A DNA stretch of 60,734 nucleotides, the filler included. It is 3 parts of 3 records of this genome, joined end to end, with 100 filler letters (N's around TTAATTAATTAA, not from the genome) between each part and the next. Parts side by side here need not be neighbours in the genome. Positions count along the whole stretch, not along the records: positions 1 to 22,759 come from SRR20825019_3138; positions 22,860 to 46,394 come from SRR20825019_3139; 1 more part is not named here. One strand, written 5' to 3'. Below are positions 13,000-25,755 of the stretch, one piece after another. Position 1 is the stretch's first letter; each line of letters opens with the position of its first letter. The notes under the pieces were generated by a model. The model was not told where the DNA came from. It made no database searches and was given only the letters and a program-made list of their open reading frames with translations. Position numbers and translations under genes: made by a program.

Positions 13000-13640
13000 T
13001 AGCCCGGCCGCGGGCCTGGCTAGGGCTGATGACTATCCCCGGAGTAAACGCGTCCGTCGCCAATAGGTCAGTGTGGCCGCGGCCCGAGCCTGGCCCGGGT
13101 CCGGCCGGGCGGGCGGGCGCGCCGACGCCGGGCTGACTCTACGTACCGGGCCGGGGGCCGGGGGCCGGGGCGCGCCGGACCGCGCCGGACCAGGACGCCG
13201 CACTCAGGCCGGGCCCCGCTCCGCTCACCGGCACCGACTCTCCGGCTAGCCGCGCTGGAGCCGCGCGGGCGCGCGGCGCTACCTGACCGTGAAGGTTACA
13301 GTTACCGGTTAGCCATGTCACCGAGCCAGACCCCCCCGGGCACTCGGAGCCGCGCCCTTGAGCCGGAGCACTGTGTTGGTGAGGACGAAGACTTTGCCCG
13401 GTTGATTGCCGTCCGGTGGAACAGCCCCTACAACTAATTTCACCTAGACTGAGGCTGAATCCGGGCCCCCGGCGGAACCCGGAAGAGCGCCGGCGTCGCC
13501 CCGCCAGCCAGCCCCGGGATACCTCCGGTCGCCGCTTGCGGGCGGGGCGGACTCTCGGGCGCCGCCCCGCACTCAGCCATAGTGCAGGGGCAGACCTGTC
13601 GAATCTCCCTCATGATGAGTCTCCCGAGTCCGGCGGGCCG
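13000..13640. promoter_or_regulatory. GC-rich island upstream of the ankyrin gene
   Basis: CCGG/GGCC-rich tract immediately 5' of ATG 12872 (minus strand). Confidence 0.5.
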
Positions 13641-13763
13641 AGTGATGGCGTACAGAAGGGTCTGGTGATGCATCTCGAATGATGGACTCCCTCTCCTCCA
13701 TTCCCAACAACAATATGCAAACAAACAGGGTTCTCGAACATCTCAAGTGCGGTTGTGAGCACT

Positions 13764-15291
13764 TTACAGGCGGCACACATAAGAAGACGACTGAGTGACA
13801 TATCGCACCCAGCGGTATGGATTGTAAGACTTGTTTCGCTCCATGATCCTAAGATAGCGCACTTGAAGGTTAGAGACATTGTACATTGGAATTTCGAAGC
13901 CAAGGCTGAAACCAGGAGATTAGCGATGCATTGCAACTACCCACCATGAATCACCCACCTAATTGGACCAATCTCCTTCCTGATATTATGACATGGAGAA
14001 GATAGGGATATCTTTGCCCTCAGCGTTTTTTCTGTCCCTCCAACGAACTTCTTAATTGTCCAAACCACCTTCCTCTCACTCGCTTTGTACTCAGCTGTTT
14101 CCCCAACAACACCCACTCCCATTTCAACAGAGCAGCTTGCCGTATTCTTTGGTACCGGGAACTTGATGACCATACTGCCACCATAGTTGTGCTCCGGAAT
14201 ATCGGCACGAATCTTTAAAATCAGTTCAGCTCTGAGCTCCCCAAACTCTTCTATGAACGGGAATATTCTGAAAGGTGCCCTGAAGTCACCAGTAATTCTG
14301 TAGTTCATAACAGTAAACTCGCCATCAGGCGGGAAGAAGAATAATGTCCGATCATGGTCGAAGTCATTCAGCTTCACAACTTCGTGGAAGTTACAGTCAT
14401 CCAAAATTACACTTCCATAACCAGATTGCGCACCCCGCCCAATCACCAAGTCCTCGTTCAGTGCAAGCCTGAGCTCGGGGTTGCCACTTAGGTAACTCTT
14501 CATCTGGATAGAGCCCTCAATCTCAGAGTTAAGAATGAATCCACTGGCATTGAACAGGACTGAGAGCCGCTCCAGAATATCAACAAATATTTCGTTCTTC
14601 TTCCCCTTGCCGTCTCCTTGCATAGAAATAGGCTTGTGTACAGAAGTGCTGGGAGTTGTCTTGGGATTGAGGTCCGGCACCTTGAACTTGGGTTTCAAGC
14701 TCGACACGATACCGCTCTTCTGCTCCTCCACGGGAATAGCATCATTAAATACAAACGCCTTAAGCTGTTCAGTCGATGTCGCTTGAGGGTACCCATAATC
14801 CTGTGGGCAAGTTAGAACTATAAATTTCTTTCCAGCGTTCGCTCCATACCATAGTTTCCTCCAAAAGCTCATAAATAAGCACGAAATTCTTACGAATCGA
14901 CTCCTCTGACAAGGTTCCGCAGTAGTCCTTGAAAAGTCTAGTCAGTTGGAGCATCAGCTCCAAAATCAAATTAGGCTGAACGTTGAACTTTGTTGTGCAA
15001 ACAAAGTATAGCCCATTCTTTTTCACGTTAATGAAGTTGATAGCATCTACGTTCTTTTTAAGGGATTAGTACGAGGGCAATATTGTCAACACAATACATA
15101 CAAAAATTGGTGGAGCCTCTCCTTTCCAACCCTTAACTTTTCGGAAGAAAATTTCCGGAGTTCCCTTCAAGATGTCCCCACGATCTAACAAATAAAATTA
15201 GGCCTGGCCATATCGACATCCGCCGCAACTTACAGTCTTTGTTAATGATTGTGTCTCCCCGAGGGGATAGCACAAAGAACTGTGATATCAT
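13764..15291 (-). CDS. AP4M1: AP-4 adaptor complex subunit mu, multi-exon
   Basis: N-terminus MISQFFVLSPRGD..YRGD..EIFFRKVK..EAPPIF, then IRKNFVLIYELLEE, KNEIFVDILERLSVLF, LDDCNFHE, PPDGEFTVMNYR and C-terminal YNVSNLQVRYLRI..NPYRWVRYVTQSSSYVCRL, typical of mu4. Confidence 0.92.
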
Positions 15292-15369
15292 CTTTTACCC
15301 CACTTGACTCCTGGAATACGGAATATAAACTTATAGGCTGGTAGTTGGTCGCTGAACAGCGGAAACAAC

Positions 15370-16030
15370 GAGGTTGGCGGGCAGCGCTGATGAGCACGCC
15401 GGTAACTGCTCCACCAGCTCACTCCATCTCCGCTTCGCACCACAAGCCAGCCTCGCCGCTGCCCACGCAGACGTGGACCTCAAAGACCTACCCTCACGCG
15501 TCCAGTCCATGTCGGTGCCCAGAAGCGCGGCGGCTCACTGTTTCGGATCCTGCCACGGAGCGGGCGTGCAAGTGAACGCCCCCTCACGAAGTCCGGGCCC
15601 GGCCGCCATTGATCGTTCCGCGACCAACTGAACAACCGCGCGGTCCCGTCAGGGCCGGCCAGCATGTCACGTCCCCGGCCGGGCGCGGCCCCCGTGACCG
15701 GCTCGGGCGGGGCCCGTGCGGGCTCGTCCCGTGCTCGGCTGCTTGCACTGCAGTCCGGTCCACAACGGTGGGTCGGTCGAGAGCGAGCGCTCGTCCGTAG
15801 CACTGACTGGTATCACGGTATGGAGCTGGTGCCCGCGCCTCGCCGCCCGAGCCAGAGCGGGACGGGCACGGCGAGCGCGCCGCCCCGGCCGCCGACCGGG
15901 ACGGGACCGACGGGCCGGTCACCCCGGCCGCCCGCCTGACCCGGTGATGCACATCCGATCGTGCTCAAGGGCGTCGCGGGGTCACGGTCAGGTCAACAAG
16001 GCGCGAGGTGGCCGGGCCGCTCGCTGCAAA
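15370..16030. promoter_or_regulatory. GC-rich island upstream of AP4M1
   Basis: CCGG-rich tract 5' of ATG 15291, with several GTGAC/GTCAC words. Confidence 0.5.
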
Positions 16031-16637
16031 GACTGAAGCCATCCGATCAAGCAGGCTCGCCAACTTGGTCGATCCAACTCCAATGTGATGAAAAAGGTTA
16101 ACCGCGAAAATATCACTACAGTTGATTACAATACTGGAATATCGTAATCCGATTTATACTAAAATTATTGGAATCTTGACTCTACCAGAACTGGGATCAA
16201 TTCACACATCACTGTTTTTGCGCTTGAGGCAGAAGTCGTTTGAGCGGATCGTCGTGCAATCCTGGAGGATCCAGCAGCATCTTACTCCAGTCCGATAGGC
16301 ACCAAAGGCTTCTAGTGAAACCGATTGCACCCCGGCCACCTGACCTGATTCAAGTCGGACGCACCGGGTGATCCATCAGGCAGGCCTCTGAACACACGAG
16401 CAAGACGCCGCGGGACCACAACGAGAAGCATCACCACATCCCGCCCATAAAGATGGCCGTATCAGCCATTCACATGAAGTCTATTCAACAGGTCATCCGT
16501 GCAAGTAGTTCTATTTCCAAAACAAACAAGCCCTGCCGCACCGCGCCGAAGGGCGCCGAGTCGCCGCTGAGGCCGCCGCCGCCCGGGACCCTCGGGTACG
16601 TGACTAGTCCGAGTCTTACGACCAGATTCGCCCTTAT

Positions 16638-19600
16638 CTACTTGCGTGCATGGCGAATCTTCTCGAGCTTGCGTGACAAGGCCGCGCGCTTCTCAATCAC
16701 TTTTTGGAGCTTGGCAAATTTCTCCATCAAGAGACAACACAGGTCATAGGCGATCAATGCAAAGATAACAGACACCGCCAGGAAGTCCAGTGCCACCACA
16801 ACGTTAGAGAATACCGATCGCTGTGTTTTGGGTACCTCCAATGTTTTGAGAAGACCCAAGCACATTGTAAAATATGTCAATGCTAATAGAGCACCTTGGA
16901 TAATGTTGGAAGTGTTGGAGGCGCTCGGCCAGAATCTGGGCACAAGGATGAGAAAAGAAGAGTGGAATGACGACACCACAGAAGGACTCACCGGCAATGC
17001 ACAATCATAAATATGAACAAGATAGCAAGCGCCACGGTGATCTGAAAAGTTGCGCTCCCCCCAAGCAGGATTACTGCTCCACCGACTACAACTTTGCGCA
17101 CCATCTCTATTGCTTCCCAATATGCGTACTCGCGCTTGTAAGGCTTGTATATCGCACCAATCGATTGAAGCATCTCGGGACTACTCAACTCCTTTCGCTT
17201 CAATACTGTTATGGCTATGATAGCCACCGGCATTCCTACAGTGTAAACTATTATTGCCGCTACTGCAACAGGAGCAATAGTCCAATACTTGGCATCATAA
17301 CACCTAACGACGGTTAGCTCCAATGGCGTAGAATTAATAGAGAGCTTACTTTGTTGACAAATCGTTCTTGATGTAGAAGGTGGCACCGTCATCGAATGAA
17401 AGACCTGAAAAGGAAGAGATATATTAGGACAAGAGAAATGGGTTCAGACGAACATAACTCACAATTGAAGTACTCTATGCAAAGGTAGGATATGGGTAGA
17501 TAGCACAGCTGCCACAGCAACAAGTTATTGCTCATGACTATCCGTTTGAGCACCTCTCGTGAAATCGGACTCCTCTTGCGCAGGCATTCTACCCGTAGGT
17601 AACAAGATGTAGCTACATACATCACGACCAATGTCATAGAGAGAGCAATAGGAATGGAAACAGTGAACACAAGGCGCTCGCGATATCCGAATCCGGTGTT
17701 CTCAACAGTCTCAGCAGGGTCTTCTGAATTGGAGCTGAGTTCCCATATACATTCGAGACTTGTCGCTTTGATGAAATCAACTGTGAGACAAAACCTTAGA
17801 AACCATACCCAACGATAAAACAACAGCAACCTACGCGATACCCATCCAAAGACTTGATCCAAATAATCAAGGCTGATTGGCCAAGAAACATCAAAAGTAA
17901 GTCTGAAGCTAGTGATAAGCTGAAGAAAGTTCACTATCATCTTGAAAAACTCCGTAGACCTTAGTGATGTCATCACCTTGCTAATCCTGGCTTCTCGTTT
18001 CGCTTCTTTTGACCGCTGATCCGCAATTATCGACGCTGCTAAGGCAAAGACAATCAATGCAGTAGCAACTAAGCCCAGAACACTAAGAGAAAATACTGCG
18101 ATGCTGACAGAGGGTTCGGGGCACTGCACACAAGTGTGGGCCCCAGATTGGAAATAGCCATGATCGCACTTTCCGCACAAAACACCCGTATAGCCTCTTG
18201 CACAATTCGACTCCTCTCCACCCTGACACGCCTCCGGGTTCGGGCACGACAGAACAAGTGAGCTTGCCGGCTCCAATTTGAAGAAACCTTCCATAGCGGT
18301 CACCATGACACCGTCACACTTTCCTCCTACTGGGCAGGCCTCACACTTCATTTCTGATGCCAGTTCGCCCATCATAGATTCCTCATTCAGGTAGTGAATG
18401 TGGGTATTTGCAGGACACTGGATTTCGTCTTGAGTACACACCGCCAGCTCGGGGCATTGACGGCACTCGTACTTGCTAGCTAATGAGCGGTAAAACTTAT
18501 CCATGCATAGGCAGCGGACTATTCCCACGTTGACTCCCATGAGTCTGTACGTGAACGATATGCACTCATGGAACTCGGGAGCTTCTTTTGTAATTCCCCA
18601 TATCCCCGCATTCAGTACCTTGCCATGTCCTGTGTGTAGCGGACGAACAATGTAGTTCAGCAGATTGTTCAAATCTGGTCCCACTACCTCCCGTTCGAAA
18701 GACCCCTTTCGGAATTCATTTTCCAACATGTGTTTCTCCTCTTCGCCAATTGCGTGTCCTGTAATTGGAGAAGGGACCAACATGAGAGAGTGATAGTCAA
18801 TATGCACAGTGCTCCCCGGCTTCTTCACACCAAATCCACGTTCAATACGTGTTATGTGATTAAAGTGAAGCATGAGGTCAATACTTGCTCGTTGTTCTTC
18901 GAGGACATAGGGGAATCCTCGACCAATGCGTTCAATTCCATTGCTCGAGAAATCGTATTCGATTGTCGTTTTGGTCTTGACTTTTTTTGCTTGAGCGTAA
19001 GGCTTTCCTTCAATATCTTCGAGATCAGGCAATTCTCGCAGATTATTGAAGTCCATCCAAAGATGAGTCACATCCTGGCATTTTCATTTGTCAAAAAGCG
19101 ATGTAAAACCTACTACTCACACTCACCATCATTATCAATGTCTCCGCTCGAATGGTTTCTATGTTGCAATATCTGAGATTCAACTTATCCACGCTGATTT
19201 CAGCAAATGTATGCGGAAGCTCTGTAAAGTTATTCCCATGCAAAACTAAAAGATCAAAATGCATCTTTTCCATCGACCTTGCTGCTTCTTTGCTAAACGT
19301 TGAAATCTTGTTAAAGGCCATAGACACCGAAACCGAATTCATACTCGTCGGAACATCTCCAAATGTAGGCATTTCGCTTAAACGGTTGTAGTTTAGATGT
19401 AACTTATGCAAAGAGGGCCACCGAGGAATGCGCATGCCCTCATCTGTTAAAAGGTTATTAGAGAGTGAAAGGGCGCGGAGCCGCGTCATCTTCCTCAAGC
19501 CCTTGAGCAAAGTCTTGATTCTGTTGTGATCCAAAGAAAGATCTGCCATTTGACGCATCCTGATTATGCCAACGTAAATATCAGATGGACTTGAAAACTA

Positions 19601-21511
19601 CAGTCCATCGCCTACCTTAACACAATATCTGGGATCGTTTCAAGTTTGTTGTTAGTTATCTCCAAATTCTGAAGAGTATAAACCGAAAGTGCGTTATTTT
19701 GTAGCTCTTCTGCCGGAGGCAGATCTTGAATAATATTGTGATCTTTTCAAGAGGGGTCAGAAATACGCGCAGGTTACCATGCAGGACAACTTACTTAGAA
19801 TAATGTGGCGCAAAGGCATATCGAACAGCCATACTCCAACATCCTTGACCTGATTATTTGAAAGATCCAGCATTTTTAAGCCGGTCATATTTTTCAAAAT
19901 AGTGGGTATATGGGAGAAGAAATTCTCCTTCAATATCAAGGTTCTCGCTGTGCTCAAATATGCAATACTTGCAGGCAATGCATCCAGCGCGAGACCTTGA
20001 AGAGATACACCATTGAGCAAACCTTCGTGACACATAAACATGTCTAACTTGCAAATGCCCTCCATAGATCCCGGATGCGGAGGAATCATTACTGTGGTAA
20101 AATTCTGCAAATCTTCCATGAATTTTCCTACTGCGGCGACTATATCATTCGAAATGGCGGTCTCTTCCTTTTCTGTCGAAATGACCGGATTGTCTTTCAT
20201 CCAGAATTGAAAGGTTTCGGCCTTCCCCTGCAGAGAAGCCAAATCCCTCATTGGGGGCTTTCGCGTCAATAGGTTCATGCTCATGTCCAACTTTTCTATC
20301 GTTAATCCAAATGAGGAAGAAGAGAATATTTCCGGGAACCCCGTGAATTTGTTTTTCGACAAATCCAACATTACTATCCTTCCTTTCATATTCCGAATGA
20401 CACTTGGAATAGTACTCATACCCAAGCCAACAAGCCGCACAACGCGCATGTCATCTTTCAGTTCCATAATCTTTGTCACATTAAAGGTCGTTTGTCGCCA
20501 GTCGCCGTCTCCTAATCCAGATTTAATAGCCAGTGACCTTAAAACGGATACATTCGTTAGCTCTTTGGGCAACTCCGACGAAAAGCCATAGGTATTGTTC
20601 AGAGTAGGTGCCTGGAACAACACCTTGATCGTTTTCACACTCCTTAAGTCTCGGAAAGCATTTTGAAAGAAAGATGCTTCAAGTCTACGAGATGAAATGC
20701 ATAACTTGTCGAGCGTCTTAGGTAAGACTCCTGGGGCTGCGGTCTTAACATTGTGCCCCTTTAGCATGAAATCCCGTACACTTGATGGAAGAATGTCTGG
20801 CATATGGGTTCCATTATAGTTTTGTACTCGCCACGACTTCAGGTTCTGGAGATTCGATACATCAGGAAGAGTCCCATATATAGATATCCTCGGATCAAAG
20901 TTCAGGTTCTTCAGTTTAGGCAACTTACTAAACAGATCAGGCATAGGCATTTCTAGCTGACTTCTGGCCCCAGCCGTCCGAAAAGCAACAACTTCAAACA
21001 AGGAGTTGCATCGCACCACCCTTCTCCACTTGCAATACATCTTTCCTTCGGACATATATCTTAAGATTCGTCTAAGCGCACCTTTTGATCCTGTTCTTTC
21101 AGCTTTCCTTTCTGCATATTTGATGAAGTGCTGTCTGATAGCCATCATTACTTCATAGTCCGGAAAGTCTTGATCTTTCGTCTCTTCATCCAACTGAAGG
21201 AAGTTCAACGAACTGCTGTTGCTGTTGTGATGAGTCTCGCTTTGGCTCGATATAGACCCATCCCAAACCCTATCCCCTTCTCGAGAAACACCTCCCAATG
21301 TTACGTTGCCAGTGCAAGAACAGCAGCTCCTTTCCATTCTACTGATTTTTGTTCTTAACTCCAAAATTGTATTCGCCATTCGTTCGTACAGATCTAGCCC
21401 TTGCCGAGGAGGGCCAAAGCCAGAGTTTGGGGCACCCAGCGGTGACACCTCAACCACAAGTACCACAAGGAGCATAATCACCCGCCCACTTAGTGATATG
21501 CGGGCTCGCAT
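16638..21511 (-). CDS. Large receptor-like protein: signal peptide, many LRRs, Cys-rich repeats, multi-pass (~7) transmembrane domain; multi-exon
   Basis: Hydrophobic N-terminus (VIMLLVVLVVEV). Repeated LxxLxLxxN (LDLSKNKF, LDLSNNQV, LSLSNNLL, LHLNYNRL). CPNPEACQGG..CARGYTGVLCGKCDHGY, KMIVNFLQL and GAIYKPYKREYAYWEAIEMVRK are characteristic of a protist Cys-rich multi-TM family. Start codon inferred. Confidence 0.8.
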
Positions 21512-22759
21512 GATGAATTGTACTTGCAATAGTTTTCCACTTTCCCAAGTCACACACTTTTATTATTATCACCGTAATCTGGAGACAAGGAGTCAGCGTC
21601 AGGTCTATTGCGTCACCCCTCAGCTCACTTGTCGCAGGTTGCGCTTATCGGACTCAAATCGTCGACCAAACTGCTACTCGTCGCTTCGACCGAACTGAAG
21701 CGGGCCACACTTGTCCAGGCGGGCGGCTGTCGTTGTGCAATGCCCGAGAAGAGTTCTCGCTCTACTACTGGATCGGACGTGGAGCCGCACAAGCATGGCA
21801 AGGAGGAGAGACGCGGCCAGGCCTCACTGTTGCGGTGTGGCGGCTGCCAGGCCCGAGGGGCGTGGGCGGCCGGCCGCACCCTGTCTCAGTCTGAGCGGAA
21901 CTGACCTAACCACTGACCCGCCCAGCCGCTCCGAGCGCCCCCGGGCCCGATCCTCCGCTCACGTGACGGCTCGCACTCGAGTCACTCAGTGACTGCCGTG
22001 CGGCACGCAGAGGACTGGTAGGCCCCCGCCCGGCCGGGGGCACCCCACAACCGTGAAGACCGTGAACAAGATACAGTCGCGTAGGGTGGTAACCAAGCAG
22101 GCCAATCGGAAAATCGAGGGTGGGCATCAGTTGTGCATGTTGGACATGGGGAGGGGCCCGGAAGGGCGTGGGGTGACCTGTCAATATACCCGCACGCCCG
22201 ACTGAGCCCCGCTCTTGAGCATCGCATTCCGTTCGGGATTCGGACTGTGTTCAGTTGGCGGCCCGGCGGGGGGCGCCGCGGCCGGGCGGCGCCACCGGGC
22301 CGCCGCACGGCCGACCGGCCTCCCGCCGGCGGCCGGCTCGAGCCACGACTGACCGCCCGGCCGCCCGGCCCCTGAACCCCCACCCGCCGGTCCGGCCGGG
22401 CCGGCCGGGCGGCCGGGCGCGGGCCTGGCAGGGGGCCCGGGCCCGAGTTCCGCCGTCAGGAGTGGCGCCCGGCGCCGGGGGCCGGGCCGGGTGGCGGGCC
22501 GGGCCCCCACCGGGGGGTCCCCGCCGCACGGCCGCCGCGCGCTCGGGCGCCGTACTGCCGGCCCCCATGGCGTACTACCCCGCCCTCCCCCCTCCGCCGT
22601 GCCGCCGCCGCAAGCCGCACGGATCCGTGACTGATGCCCGGCCCGGCCCCGGGGCGGGCGCGGCCCGGCGGCCAGCGGCCGGGCACCCGGGCCACCCCGC
22701 CGGGACCGTGACTGACGCGGCGGCCGGCCGGCGGGCGGGAGGGGGGGGGGGGGGGGGGG

Positions 22760-22859
22760 NNNNNNNNNNNNNNNNNNNNNNNNNNNNNNNNNNNNNNNNN
22801 NNNTTAATTAATTAANNNNNNNNNNNNNNNNNNNNNNNNNNNNNNNNNNNNNNNNNNNN
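22760..22859. other. Artificial contig-joining spacer (N44-TTAATTAATTAA-N44)
   Basis: Exactly 100 bp, with a six-frame stop cassette flanked by Ns; identical to the spacer at 46395-46494. Confidence 0.98.
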
Positions 22860-23341
22860 TGACTTGCTGATCGGCTCGCACGCAACGTAGCTGGTATGCC
22901 GGGCACATAAGCGGCCCGGCCGGCACGAGAGCGTGGCGGCGCCAGTGACCCGCCCGGCCACCTCGATAGCCTGCTCCGCGAGGCCGGGCGGCTGGGCCGG
23001 CCGCCGCTCGGAGTCCCGGGCTCATCATGGCTGATTGCGGCCGGCCGGCTCCGGCTCGGGCTGCCCGCGGGCCGGCCGTGCTGGGCCCGGTCCGGTCGCG
23101 ACCGCTTGGCCGGCTACCGGACTCATCAGTGATCGGTTGCCGGGCCCGGCCGGGCCCTGCCAGGCTGGACCATACCGACCCGGTGTAACGACGATACTGT
23201 ATTCTCTTGCGTTCCATGTGCTGCGCCACCGGCGCGGTTCCTCGCGGTGCAGCCGGGGACACCAGGTCGGGCTGTGTCGCTGGCTGTGAAGGGTGTCGCC
23301 TGTAGCGAAGGAGAAAGCACGACTGTCACGTTACCCAAACC

Positions 23342-25736
23342 ATGCTTGGTCTGAAAGGCGCTTTGGTAATTAAAATACCGCACCTTACGAATCACGTCAT
23401 TTTGTGGCAATTTGCGGTCATGCTCCAGCATGTCTCGGGCGAGCGATATGATATGAAGTGGAAGGATCGCAACTCATCCGCTACCAGGTTGATACTGGAG
23501 ACGCTTCAAAGGCGCATAGAGTTTTCAAAAAATTTGGCCTCCTTCAACTCGCAACAAAGATGCCCCGTTACACGAATTCCGCACGTAGGCGGAGTAGATA
23601 TCGGTATGTCATTTTTTGACGCCATATTCAGCCCACAATTAATCGGCTTCGCCAGACCTGTATACCATGTTCCTCTGCGTTGTTAGTCGCGGTGGATATC
23701 AACAAGTTAGCTCAAGCTATCGCTGGGTTGAAGTCGGAAGGGTGTTGGGAATGGGACCAACATGCACGAATACCAGCTACCTGACAAAAACACACTATGA
23801 AAAATACCTACTCAAATACGAGAATCATATTCGAAGAACTGACGAAGAATATTTCACCAAGGTTACTCTTGTGGAAGATACCATGGCAGACACTCCCATT
23901 GCCGCCGGATGTCGCGGGAATCGGCTCACTACCGCAGAGTATCAATATCTCCCTGTGCTGGCCTCTGCTCCGAACTACATGCTAGAGCTCCGGAACCTGG
24001 TGCTATTTCGATGGGCCTTGGATGTGACCCGTGCCATGACAGCCACCGAGGCATTAGCTGGGATTCCTGCTGATTTTCAAGGTGATGCAACTTGTATATT
24101 CCGCTTTTTGACGCTTTTCGGGTTTATCAACAGCGGCATTGTGGACATTTCTGAGGTTGTTGCTTCTCCGGAATTCAAGGATGTCCGTGACTCCGTTGCG
24201 AAGTCAGGGCAGATTGTTGTTATTGGCGCAGGCGCCGCTGGCATTGCTTGTGCTCGACATTTGTCCCAGTTTGGAATGAAGGTAGTTGTTGTGGAGGGAA
24301 AGAATCGACTTGGCGGGAGAGTGTGGTCTACAGATCACTTTTCCAAGACTGTTGATGTTGGTGCATCCATCATTACTGGTTTGAAGGGAAATCCCATGGA
24401 TGCGCTACGCCAACAGGCTGGGCTTGCTATCCATCGACTAAGCCAGGTATGCCCGTTATTCTTCAGTCACGGAGAGAAAGTGAGTTTGGACCTTGATGAC
24501 AAAGCATCTGCAACCTACAACAAGGCGCTGGACGAAGCGATGCGAGGTCGCCTCTTGTCCATTAAGCGCGCGGCGCACCCGCTGGCCCGTCTTGACGGTG
24601 GCGCTCAAGGGGAGAGGATAGAAGACCTGTCGTTGAATTCGAATGATACGTCGCTAGGAGAGAGTCTGCGCTCAAAGCTCTTGGCCATCTCCAAGAAGCT
24701 ACCACCAGAAGAGCAGTGCTTGATCGAGTGGCACACAGCAAATCTTGAATACGGTTGTGCTGCTTCATTAAGCAAAGTGTCTAGTATGGAATGGGACCAA
24801 GACGATGTTCACGACTTTGATGGGGACCATGCCATATTCTCTGGTGGTCAGAGCCAACTTTTGGACACTCTGGCTCACGGTCTAGATGTGTCTATTGATC
24901 GCGTGGTAGAGTGTGTCCGACATAATGATGCATCTGTGTCCGTTATATGCAAGGATGGCACCATTGTAGAAGGGTCATGCTGTGTATCAACTTTGCCCAT
25001 TGGTGTCCTTCAAGCCGATTCCGTGCGGTTCGAACCTCCCCTTCCGGAGTGGAAGCGGAACTGCATATCTCGAATCGGCGCTGGATTGCTTAACAAGGTC
25101 ATTTTGGAGTTTCCATCATGTTTTTGGCCACAGGACGTAGACATGTTTGGACGTGTCCCCAGCAAAGATGGGCTACGGGACCTGAAATCGGCAGAATGGA
25201 TCCATGATGAGTCTAGAGGTCGTTATTTTATGTTCTGGGATTTGAGAAGGCCCACTGGAGCGTGTGTATTGACGTCCCTCGTTTGCGGAAAGGCGGCCAT
25301 CGATATGGAAGGAGAAAGCGACGAAGAAGTTGTGGCTCAAGTACTCGGAGCCTTACGGTCTATGTTTGGAGACCAGGTCCCTGAGCCCATCAAGTATGTG
25401 GTGACCAGATGGGGGGCGGATACCATGGCGAGGTGTGCTTATTCATACCTCCCCATAGGAAGTTGCGGGAGGATGTATGAATCAATGTCCCAACCCGTCG
25501 GTAACATTTACTTTGCTGGAGAGGCCACGCACCGCGAACATGCCACTACCGTTGCTGGTGCTATACTCAGTGGCTGGCGTGAAGCCGGAAGGATTCTTTC
25601 CAAGAGTATTCAAATTGAAGCTCCTAAGAAAGCCGGTTCTAGGCCTAGCCAGGGGTGTTTTACCATCCTCTACGATGATGATCTTCACAATCAACTCAAG
25701 AGTACCAAGAAGAGGAAGAAGCGTAAGAGGTTTTGA
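23342..25736 (+). CDS. LSD1/KDM1-family FAD-dependent histone lysine demethylase with an N-terminal ARID domain
   Basis: ARID: IPHVGGVDI|DLYTMFLCVVSRGGYQQV..RWVEVGRVLG..LTKTHYEKYLLKYE (intron 23604-23655). SWIRM: LRNLVLFRW..IFRFLTLFGFINSG. Amine oxidase: VVIGAGAAG, RLGGRV, DVGASIITGLKGNP, WHTANLEYG, WDQDD, GLLNKV, YSY, FAGEAT. C-terminal basic NLS-like KKRKKRKRF. Start codon uncertain (23342 or 23453). Confidence 0.88.
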
Positions 25737-25755
25737 AGGTTTTAATGAGGCAGTT

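Noticed and set aside
22741-22759. Poly-G runs at the ends of both eukaryotic contigs (also ~46375-46394) as telomeres or functional G-quadruplexes
   Set aside because: Homopolymers at assembly breaks inside GC islands. They may be real G-runs that broke the assembly or two-colour sequencing artefacts; there is no telomeric repeat unit.
22804-22815. TTAATTAATTAA palindrome as a biological site
   Set aside because: Part of the synthetic spacer that places stop codons in all frames.
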